This document shows, in pieces, positions 9,269-18,727 of a stretch of DNA of 64,000 nt; within the stretch, counting starts at the first letter, position 1; each line of letters opens with the position of its first letter. Under the pieces are notes generated by a model, which worked only from the letters and a program-made list of their open reading frames with translations, ran no database searches and was not told the DNA's origin. Origin of the DNA: Desulfobacterales bacterium (GTDB lineage Bacteria; Desulfobacterota; Desulfobacteria; Desulfobacterales; UBA5852); NCBI GenBank assembly GCA_963674755.2, contig CAXXVS010000003.1, positions 2,080,001-2,144,000 on the forward strand, given 5' to 3'. A program made the position numbers and the translations under genes.

Positions 9269-9507
9269 TCTTTATATCTCCAAATTGAACGTAAAATATT
9301 TATAAATATTTATTATGTCAAGAACAATATTCTGTAATATTGAAAAATAAAAGAACATATGGCCGGGAGCGGCTTGATGTGCTTTAAGCGACCGAACAGA
9401 TTGCGCTTTTCCGCAGGAATGGTATGGTGGCGTCCTGTTGTGGGCCCTTTAATGGCCTTTCCGGGGGCGCTGTCGGGCGTTCGGCCAACAAGATGGGACA
9501 GATCGGT

Positions 9508-11205
9508 ATGAGCGCACGAAAATGGAAAATTCTTTTCATTTATCCGCCGTTTCTCGCGCCGCGCATCCACGCGGACGAGATCCGCGCCCTGCCAATGGGC
9601 CTCTATCATGTCGCGGCGGCCATGAAAGCCGCGGGCCACGAGGTGACCCTGCTCAACCTCAACGACCATCGGCCTGGCATGGATCAGGTCATGCAGATGA
9701 TCCGGGAATTCCAGCCGAAGGTGGTGGGTTTTTCGATCTTAAATGCCAACCGCTGGGGCGGGATCGATCTGGCCCGACGGATCAAGGCGCTGGATGCGGG
9801 CATCGTCACGGTTTTCGGCGGGATCGGGGCCAGCACGCTCTGGGAGCATTTGCTGACCCACTTCGAAGCCATTGATTACGTGGTGATCGGGGAGGGGGAA
9901 AACACCTTCAAGGGTCTCGTACACTGTCTCGCCAACCAGGGCGGGGCGGACATCGACCGGTTGGGGGGGCTGGCCTTCCGCCGGGACGGGCGGCCCGTGC
10001 GGACCCCGTGCGATCCCTTTATCGAAGATCTCGATCACCTGCCGGATCCTTCGCGCTACTTCACCTACCAGCACCTCTCGCTGACACGGGGCTGCCCCGC
10101 CGATTGCCGTTTTTGCGGTTCGCCAGGGTTCTGGGGCCGCCGGGTGCGCTGGCATTCCCCGGCCTACTTTGTCGATCAGATCGAGCGCCTGGCCTCCCGG
10201 GGGGTATCCTTCTTTTATTTCTCCGACGATACGTTCACCCTGCGCAAGCAAAGCGTGCTGGCGGTGTGCCGCGCCATCATCGAGCGAGGGCTCGCGATCC
10301 ACTGGGCGGCCATATCCCGGGTGGACACCGTGGACGAGGAAATCCTGCGCTGGATGCGCCGGGCCGGGTGCATCCAGATCAGCTACGGCATCGAAAGCGC
10401 CAATGCCGAGGTACGCCGGTTTCTGGACAAACGCATCAAGATCGAAGACGTCCAGGCCGCTTTTGCGGCCACCCGCCGCTGCGGTATCCTGCCGCGGGCT
10501 TACTTTATTTACGGCTGCCCCGGCGACAATGAGAAGACCATGCAGGAGGCGCTCGACCTGATGCGGGCGATCAAACCTTTGGGGGCCATTTTTTACATTC
10601 TCGATATTTTCCCGGGCACGCGGCTCTACGATGATTACCGGGCCCGCACCGGCCGGACGGACGATCTCTGGCTGGCGCCCATCGAAGATATGCTCTATTT
10701 TGAAACCGATCCTGCCATGGATAAGGAAACCGTGCTGGCGCAGGGACGCATGCTGCGCGACGGCTTTCATAAGCTGCTGCCGACGTTTGCCGAAGATCTC
10801 GAACTGCTGGACGACCCGGAGTTCTACCCCCTGCATGCCGATTTTCTCTCCCGGCTGGCCATGACCTTTCATCGGGGAGACTATGCCCGCATTGCGGCCA
10901 TTCCGGACAAGCACCAAACAGCCGAAAAGCTTTACCGGCGTGCGCTGACCTATGCGCCGGACGCCCGTGCTTTTCTGGGCCTGGGGATGCTGTGCCAGGA
11001 GCGTGGCGCTTACGCCGCGGCCGCCGAAATTCTGATGCGCGGACTCGAACAGCATCCGGGCGACGTCGAGCTGCAAACCTGTGCGGCGCTCAACGATATG
11101 AACCAGGGCGCTTACGGCCAGGCCCTCGAACGCCTGCTGCAGCTGGAGGCAACCCCTCAAGTCCGCCAGTGGATCGACCATTGTCAGGCGGCTGTCGGTT
11201 CCTGA
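9508..11205 (+). CDS. B12-binding radical SAM protein with C-terminal TPR
   Basis: KILFIYPP...PMGLYHVAA, DYVVIGEGE, TRGCPADCRFC (CxxxCxxC), FSDDTF, YGIES, TPR-like tail. Start uncertain between 9424 and 9508. Confidence 0.88.
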   Translation: MSARKWKILFIYPPFLAPRIHADEIRALPMGLYHVAAAMKAAGHEVTLLNLNDHRPGMDQVMQMIREFQPKVVGFSILNANRWGGIDLARRIKALDAGIVTVFGGIGASTLWEHLLTHFEAIDYVVIGEGENTFKGLVHCLANQGGADIDRLGGLAFRRDGRPVRTPCDPFIEDLDHLPDPSRYFTYQHLSLTRGCPADCRFCGSPGFWGRRVRWHSPAYFVDQIERLASRGVSFFYFSDDTFTLRKQSVLAVCRAIIERGLAIHWAAISRVDTVDEEILRWMRRAGCIQISYGIESANAEVRRFLDKRIKIEDVQAAFAATRRCGILPRAYFIYGCPGDNEKTMQEALDLMRAIKPLGAIFYILDIFPGTRLYDDYRARTGRTDDLWLAPIEDMLYFETDPAMDKETVLAQGRMLRDGFHKLLPTFAEDLELLDDPEFYPLHADFLSRLAMTFHRGDYARIAAIPDKHQTAEKLYRRALTYAPDARAFLGLGMLCQERGAYAAAAEILMRGLEQHPGDVELQTCAALNDMNQGAYGQALERLLQLEATPQVRQWIDHCQAAVGS

Positions 11206-11222
11206 GAACAGGGGGAAGGGGC

Positions 11223-12233
11223 ATGGCCTTGCAGGAAAACATTTCACTCAAACCTTACAACACCATGGGGGTGGAGGCCCGGGCACGGTTTTTTCTGCCG
11301 GTCGCCAGCCGGGAAGGGCTGGCGGACGCCCTGGCCGATATCCCTTCCGGGCAGCGCCTGCTGGTTTTGGGCGGGGGCAGCAATATCCTTTTTACCCGGG
11401 ATTTCGACGGGCTGGTGTTGAAAAACCAGATCGAGGGATGCGAGGTGCTGGCGGAGGATCGGCAGCATGTCCGGATCCGGGCCGGGAGCGGTGCGGACTG
11501 GCATACGTTTGTGTGCTGGTGTCTGCGGCAGGGCTATTACGGGCTCGAGAATCTGTCGCTCATCCCAGGGACGGTGGGAGCGGCCCCGGTGCAAAATATC
11601 GGCGCCTATGGGGTCGAGGCGGGCACGACGATCGAAGCGGTGGAGGCCATCGACCTGCAAAACGGCATGCGCCGCAGCTTCGCAGCCGAAGCCTGTCGGT
11701 TCGCTTACCGCTACAGCATTTTCAAGGGCCCCTGCCGGGACCGGTTTTTTATCACCGCCGTGACCTTCCGCCTGTCCAAAACGCCTCATCTGGCAACTTC
11801 CTATGCCGATGTCCGGCAGGCCCTCGCCCAAAGGTCTTCGGGGGTGACGGCCCAGGAGCTGAGCGACATCATCTGCGCCATCCGGCGGCACAAGCTGCCC
11901 GACCCGCAAGACCTTCCCAATGCCGGCAGTTTCTTCAAAAACCCGGTGGTCGCCCGTCAGCGTTACCAGCACCTGGCCGCACGCTTCCCCGGCCTGCCGT
12001 CCTATCCGGTGGACGATGCGACCGTTAAAATCGCGGCCGGATGGATGATCGACTACTGCGGCTGGAAAGGCCGCCGCCGGGGCTCCTGCGGCGTCTATGC
12101 CAAACAGGCCCTGGTACTGGTGAATTACGGCGGCGCCACCGGCCGTGAGATCCTGGATTTGGCCGAAACGGTGCAGGACGCCGTCGAAGCCCTATTCGGC
12201 ATCCGGCTGGAGCCCGAGCCCTTGATCCTTTAA
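11223..12233 (+). CDS. murB: UDP-N-acetylenolpyruvoylglucosamine reductase
   Basis: LKPYNTMG, LGGGSNILF, GLENLSLIPGTVGAAPVQNIGAYGVE, NAGSFFKNP, QALVLVNYG, LEPEP. Confidence 0.95.
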   Translation: MALQENISLKPYNTMGVEARARFFLPVASREGLADALADIPSGQRLLVLGGGSNILFTRDFDGLVLKNQIEGCEVLAEDRQHVRIRAGSGADWHTFVCWCLRQGYYGLENLSLIPGTVGAAPVQNIGAYGVEAGTTIEAVEAIDLQNGMRRSFAAEACRFAYRYSIFKGPCRDRFFITAVTFRLSKTPHLATSYADVRQALAQRSSGVTAQELSDIICAIRRHKLPDPQDLPNAGSFFKNPVVARQRYQHLAARFPGLPSYPVDDATVKIAAGWMIDYCGWKGRRRGSCGVYAKQALVLVNYGGATGREILDLAETVQDAVEALFGIRLEPEPLIL

Positions 12234-12384
12234 TCTCTCCTCGGGCACGGTGCGCGCGCTGCCATGGCGGTGTTTTTAGCCGTGCCGGCCCGATTGACTT
12301 ATCCGCCCCCGATGCGCATTATGTGCGCAATGACCCCACAGCGGTTCAACCGTTTGCAGGATAAATTGAAAAAGGAGAGATCAG

Positions 12385-12921
12385 ATGATCAGCGAGAAAA
12401 TGAATGCGGCCTTGAATGCCCAGGTGACCAAGGAGATGTATTCGGCCTACCTTTACATGGCCATGTCCTCCTACAGCAATTCCATCGGGCTCAAAGGCTT
12501 TGCCAAATGGTTCATGGTCCAATACCATGAGGAGATGTTTCACGCCATGAAGATGTATGAATACATCCACAGTCAGGGCGGCGCCGTCGTCCTCAAGGCC
12601 ATCGACGAGCCCCCGGCCGCCTTCGAAGGGCCGTTGGACATGTTCACCAAGACCCTGGCCCACGAACAAATGGTGACCCGCTCCATCAACGATCTCATGG
12701 AAATCGCCATCAGCGAAAAAGACCACGCCACGCAGATTTTCCTGCACTGGTACGTGACCGAACAAATTGAAGAAGAAGAAAACGACAACGACATCATCCA
12801 GCAGCTCAAGCTGATCCAGGAGCATCCCCAGGGCCTGCTGATGCTCGACCGTGACCTGGCCCAGCGCACGGCGACGGTCCCCCTCGATTTCAGTCAGGGC
12901 GTTTCCGGCGGCAGTGCCTGA
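12385..12921 (+). CDS. ftnA: Non-heme ferritin
   Basis: LNAQVTKEMYSAYLYMAM, EEMFHAMK, HEQMVT, FLHWYVTEQIEEE. AGGAG RBS. Confidence 0.93.
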   Translation: MISEKMNAALNAQVTKEMYSAYLYMAMSSYSNSIGLKGFAKWFMVQYHEEMFHAMKMYEYIHSQGGAVVLKAIDEPPAAFEGPLDMFTKTLAHEQMVTRSINDLMEIAISEKDHATQIFLHWYVTEQIEEEENDNDIIQQLKLIQEHPQGLLMLDRDLAQRTATVPLDFSQGVSGGSA

Positions 12922-13135
12922 TAACCCGAGACGGCTTTTTTCCCTCTATAAACACATCCTGGATGCCGGCCAAGAACGGTCGGCATCCAAGGCCTTCTTC
13001 CCCCACCCATCCCAGCGGACTTCCTGATTTTCCTATGACGGGTCAAGATCCATCCCCTTCAATGTTTAGGTTGCCCCGTGTTTGCAAAGGCTTGCCAGCC
13101 GTATGGCGCGATTCCTGGAAGGCGATCATAAATAT

Positions 13136-13249
13136 GCGGCAATAGTGTCGCGATACGCGGCATATGAATACAAATAATTTTATCAATAATCTCAATGTGT
13201 TGGCATTGAGCAGAGGAGACAGCCGCGGCAATATTGCCGCGGCTGTCTC
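13136..13249. promoter_or_regulatory. Paired palindromic sites GCGGCAATAKTGYCGC (13136-13151, 13225-13240), putative sigma54-activator UAS
   Basis: The second site is the core of a perfect 34-bp palindrome GAGACAGCCGCGGCAATATTGCCGCGGCTGTCTC (13216-13249). The sites start about 90 and 180 bp upstream of a sigma54 promoter. Confidence 0.6.
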
Positions 13250-13314
13250 TTTTAAATTGGCTTCATAAGTAAAAATTATTAATAAAATCAGATAGTAAAA
13301 ATAATTTTTAGATT

Positions 13315-13330
13315 TGGCATCATGCTTGCT
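13315..13330 (+). promoter_or_regulatory. sigma54 (-24/-12) promoter
   Basis: TGGCATCATGCTTGCT fits the TGGCAC-N5-TTGCW consensus with correct GG-N10-GC spacing. An AT-rich tract lies upstream. Confidence 0.8.
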
Positions 13331-13371
13331 CTAAGTCAGGGCAAGAATCAATTCGTTTCAGGAAAACAGAG

Positions 13372-13824
13372 GTGTCTATGCTCAGGGTCTTGATGATTGA
13401 TTCTCTGCCGGAACAAAGCTCGCTCATCGGGGGCATGCTTAAAGACTGGGGTCATTCGGTGACGGTCGTATCGAGCGGCGCCAAAGCGTTGGCGGATGGT
13501 ACGCGAAAGACTTGGCAGCTTGTGTTTATCGGTCTGGAAAAATTATCGATGGAGGGTATGGAATGGATTGCCCGCATGCGACGCACATGGCCCGGGGCTT
13601 TGCTGATTGTGATCGGCGATTTGGATCAGCCGGATTTCGAACGTCAGGTGCGAACCCAGGGGATAGATTTCTATTTGCAGAAAGCCAGTGATTTGCCCCG
13701 GCTGAAAATTCTTATGCAGCATTTCGAAAACAAATGCTTCTGCCCAAAGGACGTTTCTGAAAATTGGCCGAAGACCATGACGTCCGATGGGCAAAACCTC
13801 TTCAACCGAAAGGAGAAACGATGA
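13372..13824 (+). CDS. Atypical single-domain response regulator (pseudo-receiver)
   Basis: Receiver-like pattern (RVLMIDS...GHSVTVVSSGAKAL...LVFIGL...MEGMEW...LLIVIG...GIDFYLQK), but Gly occupies the phospho-acceptor Asp position. Confidence 0.7.
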   Translation: MSMLRVLMIDSLPEQSSLIGGMLKDWGHSVTVVSSGAKALADGTRKTWQLVFIGLEKLSMEGMEWIARMRRTWPGALLIVIGDLDQPDFERQVRTQGIDFYLQKASDLPRLKILMQHFENKCFCPKDVSENWPKTMTSDGQNLFNRKEKR

Positions 13825-14114
13825 AAAGGCATATGACGGTTGTGATGATTGTGGTTGTTTGGGCAATGTGTGCCGCCTTTGTGGTGGGTTGCGCCGGAAG
13901 CTACGGCACCTGGGACGAACAATGGTACAGCGAGCATCCCATGACCCAGGAGGAGGTCATCGCCCACTGGGGGCCGCCGGAGAAGATCATTTCCAATGAC
14001 GATGGCATGCAGGAACTGGTCTATCAACGCGCCTTTCCGCCGGGTGGTGCCAAAGCCCGCTTTGTCTACATGGTCAAAGATGGGAAGGTGATCAAGGAGT
14101 GCTGGAAGCATTAG
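13821..14114 (+). CDS. Small lipoprotein, possibly SmpA/OmlA-like fold
   Basis: AGGAG RBS, ATGA overlap with the upstream ORF, signal peptide with lipobox VVG-C, MTQEEVIAHWGPP motif. Confidence 0.75.
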   Translation: MKRHMTVVMIVVVWAMCAAFVVGCAGSYGTWDEQWYSEHPMTQEEVIAHWGPPEKIISNDDGMQELVYQRAFPPGGAKARFVYMVKDGKVIKECWKH

Positions 14115-14265
14115 CAGCGGAAAGGGCCGTGGCTCACAGGGCCATCGGCCTCTAAACGGCAGAACGCTACCCCCCTGGTTATGACACAAAGTCCCTTCTC
14201 CGGCCGGCTTTCAGGGCCGGCCGGAGAAGATCCCGTCCCCTGCCGCAGCCCCTCTTGCCACTAAA

Positions 14266-14413
14266 TAGTGCCCATCCATAAATGGCATCTTTTGGCCCCT
14301 GGCGGCGTTCTCGCCTCCTGTCGGTCCTCGGCGTAGCCCAAGCTACGCCTGCGGGCGCCAGTCGGCGGCGGCCTTGCCAGGAACCAAAATCTACCATCTC
14401 TGGATGGGCACTA
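14266..14413. repeat. ~148-bp palindromic MITE-like repeat (full copy)
   Basis: Terminal inverted repeats TAGTGCCCATCCA...TGGATGGGCACTA and an internal GCGTAGC-CCAA-GCTACGC hairpin. Homologous to 17152-17298. Confidence 0.85.
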
Positions 14414-14576
14414 AATAAGGATTGCCATTCGCCCCTATTCCCGATTATGTTCCCCCTGTCCGGCAGCCCCGGCCCCAATCGCAGGTTTTGATTGCGGGCT
14501 GAAACCGTGGGCCGCCCCCCCAACGATGATCCCTGCGCTTCCGGAGCTTCCGGGAGCCCGATGAAGGTGCCCGATC

Positions 14577-16376
14577 ATGACTGACGCACCGGACGCTCCC
14601 CATACACGCGAACGATTGCAGCCAGAAGAAATGGAACGCTGGTATCTCTCCGTATTCGAAAACACGGGGACGGCGATGGCCATCTTGGAGCAGGATCTTA
14701 CCCTGCACAGTTTCAATTCGGAATTCGTCCGCTTGACCGGTATTCCGGCGGAAGAATTACGGCGCCGGCGGGTTTTCAGGGAACTGGTGGACGACGCGGA
14801 TTATATCCGCTTGAGCGTTTACCACGAGCAGCGCTGCCGGGAGGGCGGCAAGGCCCCTTCGGAGTACGAATTAGAACTGCTGACACGCGGTGGGGACCGG
14901 AAAATCGTCGCTCTGAAGGCTGACGTGATTCCCGGCACCCGCCGGACCATCGTTTCCCTGGTGGATATTTCGCGCCGCAAACAGGCGGAACAGGCCTACC
15001 GCGAAAGCCAGGAGCAATTGAAGCGCCTTTTGGATAACATGCCGGGCATGGCTTACAGCATCGAGGACGACGAGGACAAAACCATTTCCATGGTCAGCCG
15101 CGGGGCCCTGGCATTCACCGGTTTCGATCCCGAGACACTGGTGGGCGGCAAATTCGCGGACCGTTTTGAAAAGCACATTCATCCGGACGATGCCGACGAG
15201 GTCCGGATGACGGTGGAAACCGCCCTTGAAGCCGGACAGCCTTTCGAAACCGTCTTTCGTCTGCGGATGGCTTCCGGGAACTACAAATGGGTCCGCAATC
15301 GGGGGGTTGGGGTCTATGACGCCCAGGGGCGTCTGCGGCGTCTGGAAGGGCTCGTCACCGACATCGATGCCGCCAAGCAGGCCGAGCTGGAGCTTTGCAA
15401 GGAAAACCAGCGGCTGCGATCCAGCATTCAGGACCGCTTTCGTTTCGGGCCGATCCTGGGGCGCAGTACGCCCATGCAGAACGTCTACGAAATGATCCTG
15501 AAGGCGGCCGCCTCCAGCGCCAATGTGGTCATCTACGGCGAATCGGGCACCGGCAAGGAACTCGTATCGCGCGCCATCCACGACCTCAGCGACCGCCGGG
15601 AGCAGGCCTTTGTGCCCGTCAATTGCGGCGCCATTCCCGAAAGCCTGCTGGAGAGCGAATTCTTCGGTTATAAGAAAGGGGCTTTCACCGGGGCCGATCG
15701 CGACAAACACGGTTATCTCGATTTGGCCCACGGCGGGACCCTTTTTCTGGATGAAGTCGGCGAGATCGGACCGGCCATGCAGGTCAAACTGCTGCGGGCC
15801 ATCGAAGGCGGCGGGTATACGCCGGTGGGCGGCAAATCCCTTCACAAGGCGGACATCCGCATCGTGGCGGCCACCAACCGCGACACGTTGCAGATGGTCC
15901 GCGAGGGGCGGATGCGGGAAGATTTCTACTACCGGATCCATGTCATTCCCGTCCACCTTCCCCCTTTGCGGGAGCGCCTGCCGGATATTCCGCTGCTGGT
16001 GGAACACTTTTTGACGTCATACGGTGACGAGGGGCGGCGGCGTTACCCCCTTCCGGGAACGGTCATGGAAGCGCTCATGCGCCATCCCTGGCCGGGCAAT
16101 GTCCGCGAACTGCAAAACGTTTTGCACCGCTACGTTACCCTGGGGCGATTGGTCCTGGAGGACAATCATGGCGGCGGGCCCGACCATCCCAAGGCCGGGG
16201 CGGCTGTCGGAAGCGACGCCGGCCGGATGTTGGCGGAAGCCCTGGGGCGTTTCGAAAAGGACTACCTGCTGGACCAACTGCAGCAGCACCGCTGGCATGT
16301 CGGCCGCACGGCCGCTTCACTGGGTATCGACCGCCGGACGCTGCAGCGCAAGATGAAGCGTTTCGGGCTCTATTAG
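14577..16376 (+). CDS. PAS-PAS sigma54-dependent transcriptional activator (Fis-type HTH)
   Basis: Two PAS/PAC domains, [42 protein letters not shown]-terminal HTH. Confidence 0.95.
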   Translation: MTDAPDAPHTRERLQPEEMERWYLSVFENTGTAMAILEQDLTLHSFNSEFVRLTGIPAEELRRRRVFRELVDDADYIRLSVYHEQRCREGGKAPSEYELELLTRGGDRKIVALKADVIPGTRRTIVSLVDISRRKQAEQAYRESQEQLKRLLDNMPGMAYSIEDDEDKTISMVSRGALAFTGFDPETLVGGKFADRFEKHIHPDDADEVRMTVETALEAGQPFETVFRLRMASGNYKWVRNRGVGVYDAQGRLRRLEGLVTDIDAAKQAELELCKENQRLRSSIQDRFRFGPILGRSTPMQNVYEMILKAAASSANVVIYGESGTGKELVSRAIHDLSDRREQAFVPVNCGAIPESLLESEFFGYKKGAFTGADRDKHGYLDLAHGGTLFLDEVGEIGPAMQVKLLRAIEGGGYTPVGGKSLHKADIRIVAATNRDTLQMVREGRMREDFYYRIHVIPVHLPPLRERLPDIPLLVEHFLTSYGDEGRRRYPLPGTVMEALMRHPWPGNVRELQNVLHRYVTLGRLVLEDNHGGGPDHPKAGAAVGSDAGRMLAEALGRFEKDYLLDQLQQHRWHVGRTAASLGIDRRTLQRKMKRFGLY

Positions 16377-16683
16377 ACGTCACCCCTCTAAGCGTTTTTC
16401 GCCCGGTCCACCGGATGCGGACCAGGTCCCCGAAGGCGGACCGATTCCCCCGGCGGAAATCCGTTCCGGTGTAGCGGCCCTGCTTCGATGCCTTGCCAAA
16501 GGCGCTGATCAGCGCCATATTTACATGGCTTGAACAGGCGGCAATAGGGGATGGCATTCCACCGGGATTTTATCGCCGCGGGTGGAGAAAACTGCGCGCT
16601 TTATTCGAACAGGCCGGCCGGCGTGACAGCACAAGGGAGGGCGGACCGGCCAACGAAAACCACCTCTGGAGAAGGGAGACATC

Positions 16684-17154
16684 ATGGCCCAGAAAATCCT
16701 GATTGCCTTGGACGATTCGGAAAATGCCCAACGCGCCGTCAACTATGTGGCGGACAACTTCCAGAATCATGCGTCGATCACTCTTTTCAGCGTGTTGACG
16801 GACACCGCCAGTCTGTGTGACATGAACAGCCCTGAATTGACGCCGCTTTTCAGGTCCGAGCAGGCGAGTTTCTGCCAACTGGAAGACAAGAAGCACAGCC
16901 TCATCAAAGCGGCCTGTGAGAAGGGCAAGCAGATCCTCGAAGAGGCCGGCTGGGATCCGGCCTACATTACGATCAAGGTGGGGCCCAAACGAAAGGGGGT
17001 GGCCCGGGACATTGTCCAGGAGGCGGCCCAGGGCTGCGACCTGGTCGTGATCGGCAAACACGGGGTGTCCGGCATCCGGGAATTCTTTATGGGCAGTATC
17101 CCCCAGAAAGTGCTTCAGCTGGCGAAGGATGTATCAGTGCTCATCGTCAACTAG
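16684..17154 (+). CDS. Universal stress protein
   Basis: KILIALDDSENAQRAV...DLVVIGKHGVSGIREFFMGSIPQKV. Confidence 0.92.
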   Translation: MAQKILIALDDSENAQRAVNYVADNFQNHASITLFSVLTDTASLCDMNSPELTPLFRSEQASFCQLEDKKHSLIKAACEKGKQILEEAGWDPAYITIKVGPKRKGVARDIVQEAAQGCDLVVIGKHGVSGIREFFMGSIPQKVLQLAKDVSVLIVN

Positions 17155-17298
17155 TGTCCGTCCAGAGGTGGCATCTTTCGGTCCCGGCCGGCGTTCTCGC
17201 TCTTTGGAAATCCTCGACGTAGCCGGGCTACGCCTGCGGTTTCCAAATCGCTGCGGCCTTGGCCGGAACCAAAATCTACCACCTCTGGACGGACACAA
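17152..17298. repeat. ~147-bp palindromic MITE-like repeat (full copy)
   Basis: TAGTGTCCGTCCAGAGGTGG...CCACCTCTGGACGGACAC with an internal CGTAGC/GCTACG hairpin. Its TAG is the usp stop codon. Confidence 0.85.
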
Positions 17299-17402
17299 GG
17301 TGGTATCTCTGAATGAACAAGGCGGTTTCTTTGGGAGAGGCCGCCTTAGACGTTTCATCTTACAGTCCCGCACGTCCGGCTCGCATTTTATTAAGGAGCG
17401 GT

Positions 17403-18716
17403 ATGTTTACCATCAAGGAAGTGCTTTCCACCGAGGTCGCGCCGGCCCTGGGGTGTACCGAACCTGTCGCCATCGCGCTGGGTGCGGCTGCGGCCGCGAC
17501 GTTGATCGCGGGTGCGGTGCGTCAGATTGAGGTGGCCGTCGATCCGAATATCTACAAAAACGGGTTGGCCGTATCCATTCCGGGTACCGACGGGCTTTCC
17601 GGATTGGACCTGGCGGCGGCGATCGGAGCTGTGGCCGGCAATCCCCACCTCGGACTGCAGGTGCTCGACCCGGTGGACGACCAGGCCGTGGCGCAGGCCC
17701 GGCAGCTCATTGCGAACAACAGCGTCCGGGTCCGTTTGCTGGAAGACCGCCAGGGACTCTATATCCATACCACGGTGAGCGGTGACAAGGACCGGGCCGA
17801 GAGCGTCATCCGCGAAAGTCATGACAATATCGTGGCCCTGCGGTTCAACGGCCAGGCGGTTTGCGACCATCCTCTGGTTGCGATCGCGGGCGGTGCCGGC
17901 GGCGGCCCGGTCCGGGCCGATTTGGAAGCGTGGCTCAAGACACTGTCCCTCAAGGACCTCCTGGCCATGGTGGACGATCTGGACGATGACGACTTCGCCT
18001 TTTTGCAGGAGGGCGTCGACCACAACATGCAGCTGGCCGAATACGGCCTCAAGTTCGGTCCGGGACTGAACGTGGGCATGGCCTTTGAGCGCCTGGTGCG
18101 CCAGCGGCTGCTTTGCAAGGACATGGCCATGGCGGCTCGCATCCTGGCCTCGGCCGCGGCCGATGCCCGCATGGCCGGTGTCAAGCTGCCGGCCATGAGT
18201 TCGGCGGGCAGTGGCAACCACGGGCTGACCGCCGTCCTGCCCATCCGGGCGGTAAAAGATTATGTCGAATGTTCGGATAAGGTCTTCCTGGAGGCCATCG
18301 CCCTCAGCCACCTGCTGACCGCCTATGTCAAAACCCACACCGGTCGCCTGTCCGCGGTCTGCGGCTGCTCGATCGCAGCCGGGGCCGGGGCGACGGCCGG
18401 CATCACCTATCTCCTGGGCGGCCAGCTAAAGCATATCGCCGGCGCCATCACCAATCTGACCGAGGATCTGGCCGGGGTCATCTGCGACGGCGCCAAAGCC
18501 GGCTGCTCCCTCAAACTGGCCACGGCCGCCGGGTCGGCGGTCCAGGCGGCTCTGTTCGCCTTGCAGGGGGTGAACGTGCTGGCCACGGACGGCATCATCG
18601 GCCATTCCCCGGAACAGACCATGCAGAACGTGGGCACCCTCAGCACCCAGGGCATGGTGGAAACCGACCGCACGATCCTGAAAATCATGTTGGAAAAGAA
18701 ATTCCAGAACATTTAA
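17403..18716 (+). CDS. UPF0597/YhaM (CyuA/CdsB-like) L-cysteine desulfidase family protein
   Basis: PALGCTEPVAIA, PAMSSAGSGNHG, GRLSAVCGC, GVICDGAKAGCSLK. AAGGAG RBS precedes ATG 17403. Confidence 0.85.
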   Translation: MFTIKEVLSTEVAPALGCTEPVAIALGAAAAATLIAGAVRQIEVAVDPNIYKNGLAVSIPGTDGLSGLDLAAAIGAVAGNPHLGLQVLDPVDDQAVAQARQLIANNSVRVRLLEDRQGLYIHTTVSGDKDRAESVIRESHDNIVALRFNGQAVCDHPLVAIAGGAGGGPVRADLEAWLKTLSLKDLLAMVDDLDDDDFAFLQEGVDHNMQLAEYGLKFGPGLNVGMAFERLVRQRLLCKDMAMAARILASAAADARMAGVKLPAMSSAGSGNHGLTAVLPIRAVKDYVECSDKVFLEAIALSHLLTAYVKTHTGRLSAVCGCSIAAGAGATAGITYLLGGQLKHIAGAITNLTEDLAGVICDGAKAGCSLKLATAAGSAVQAALFALQGVNVLATDGIIGHSPEQTMQNVGTLSTQGMVETDRTILKIMLEKKFQNI

Positions 18717-18727
18717 AAGGCTGCTTA

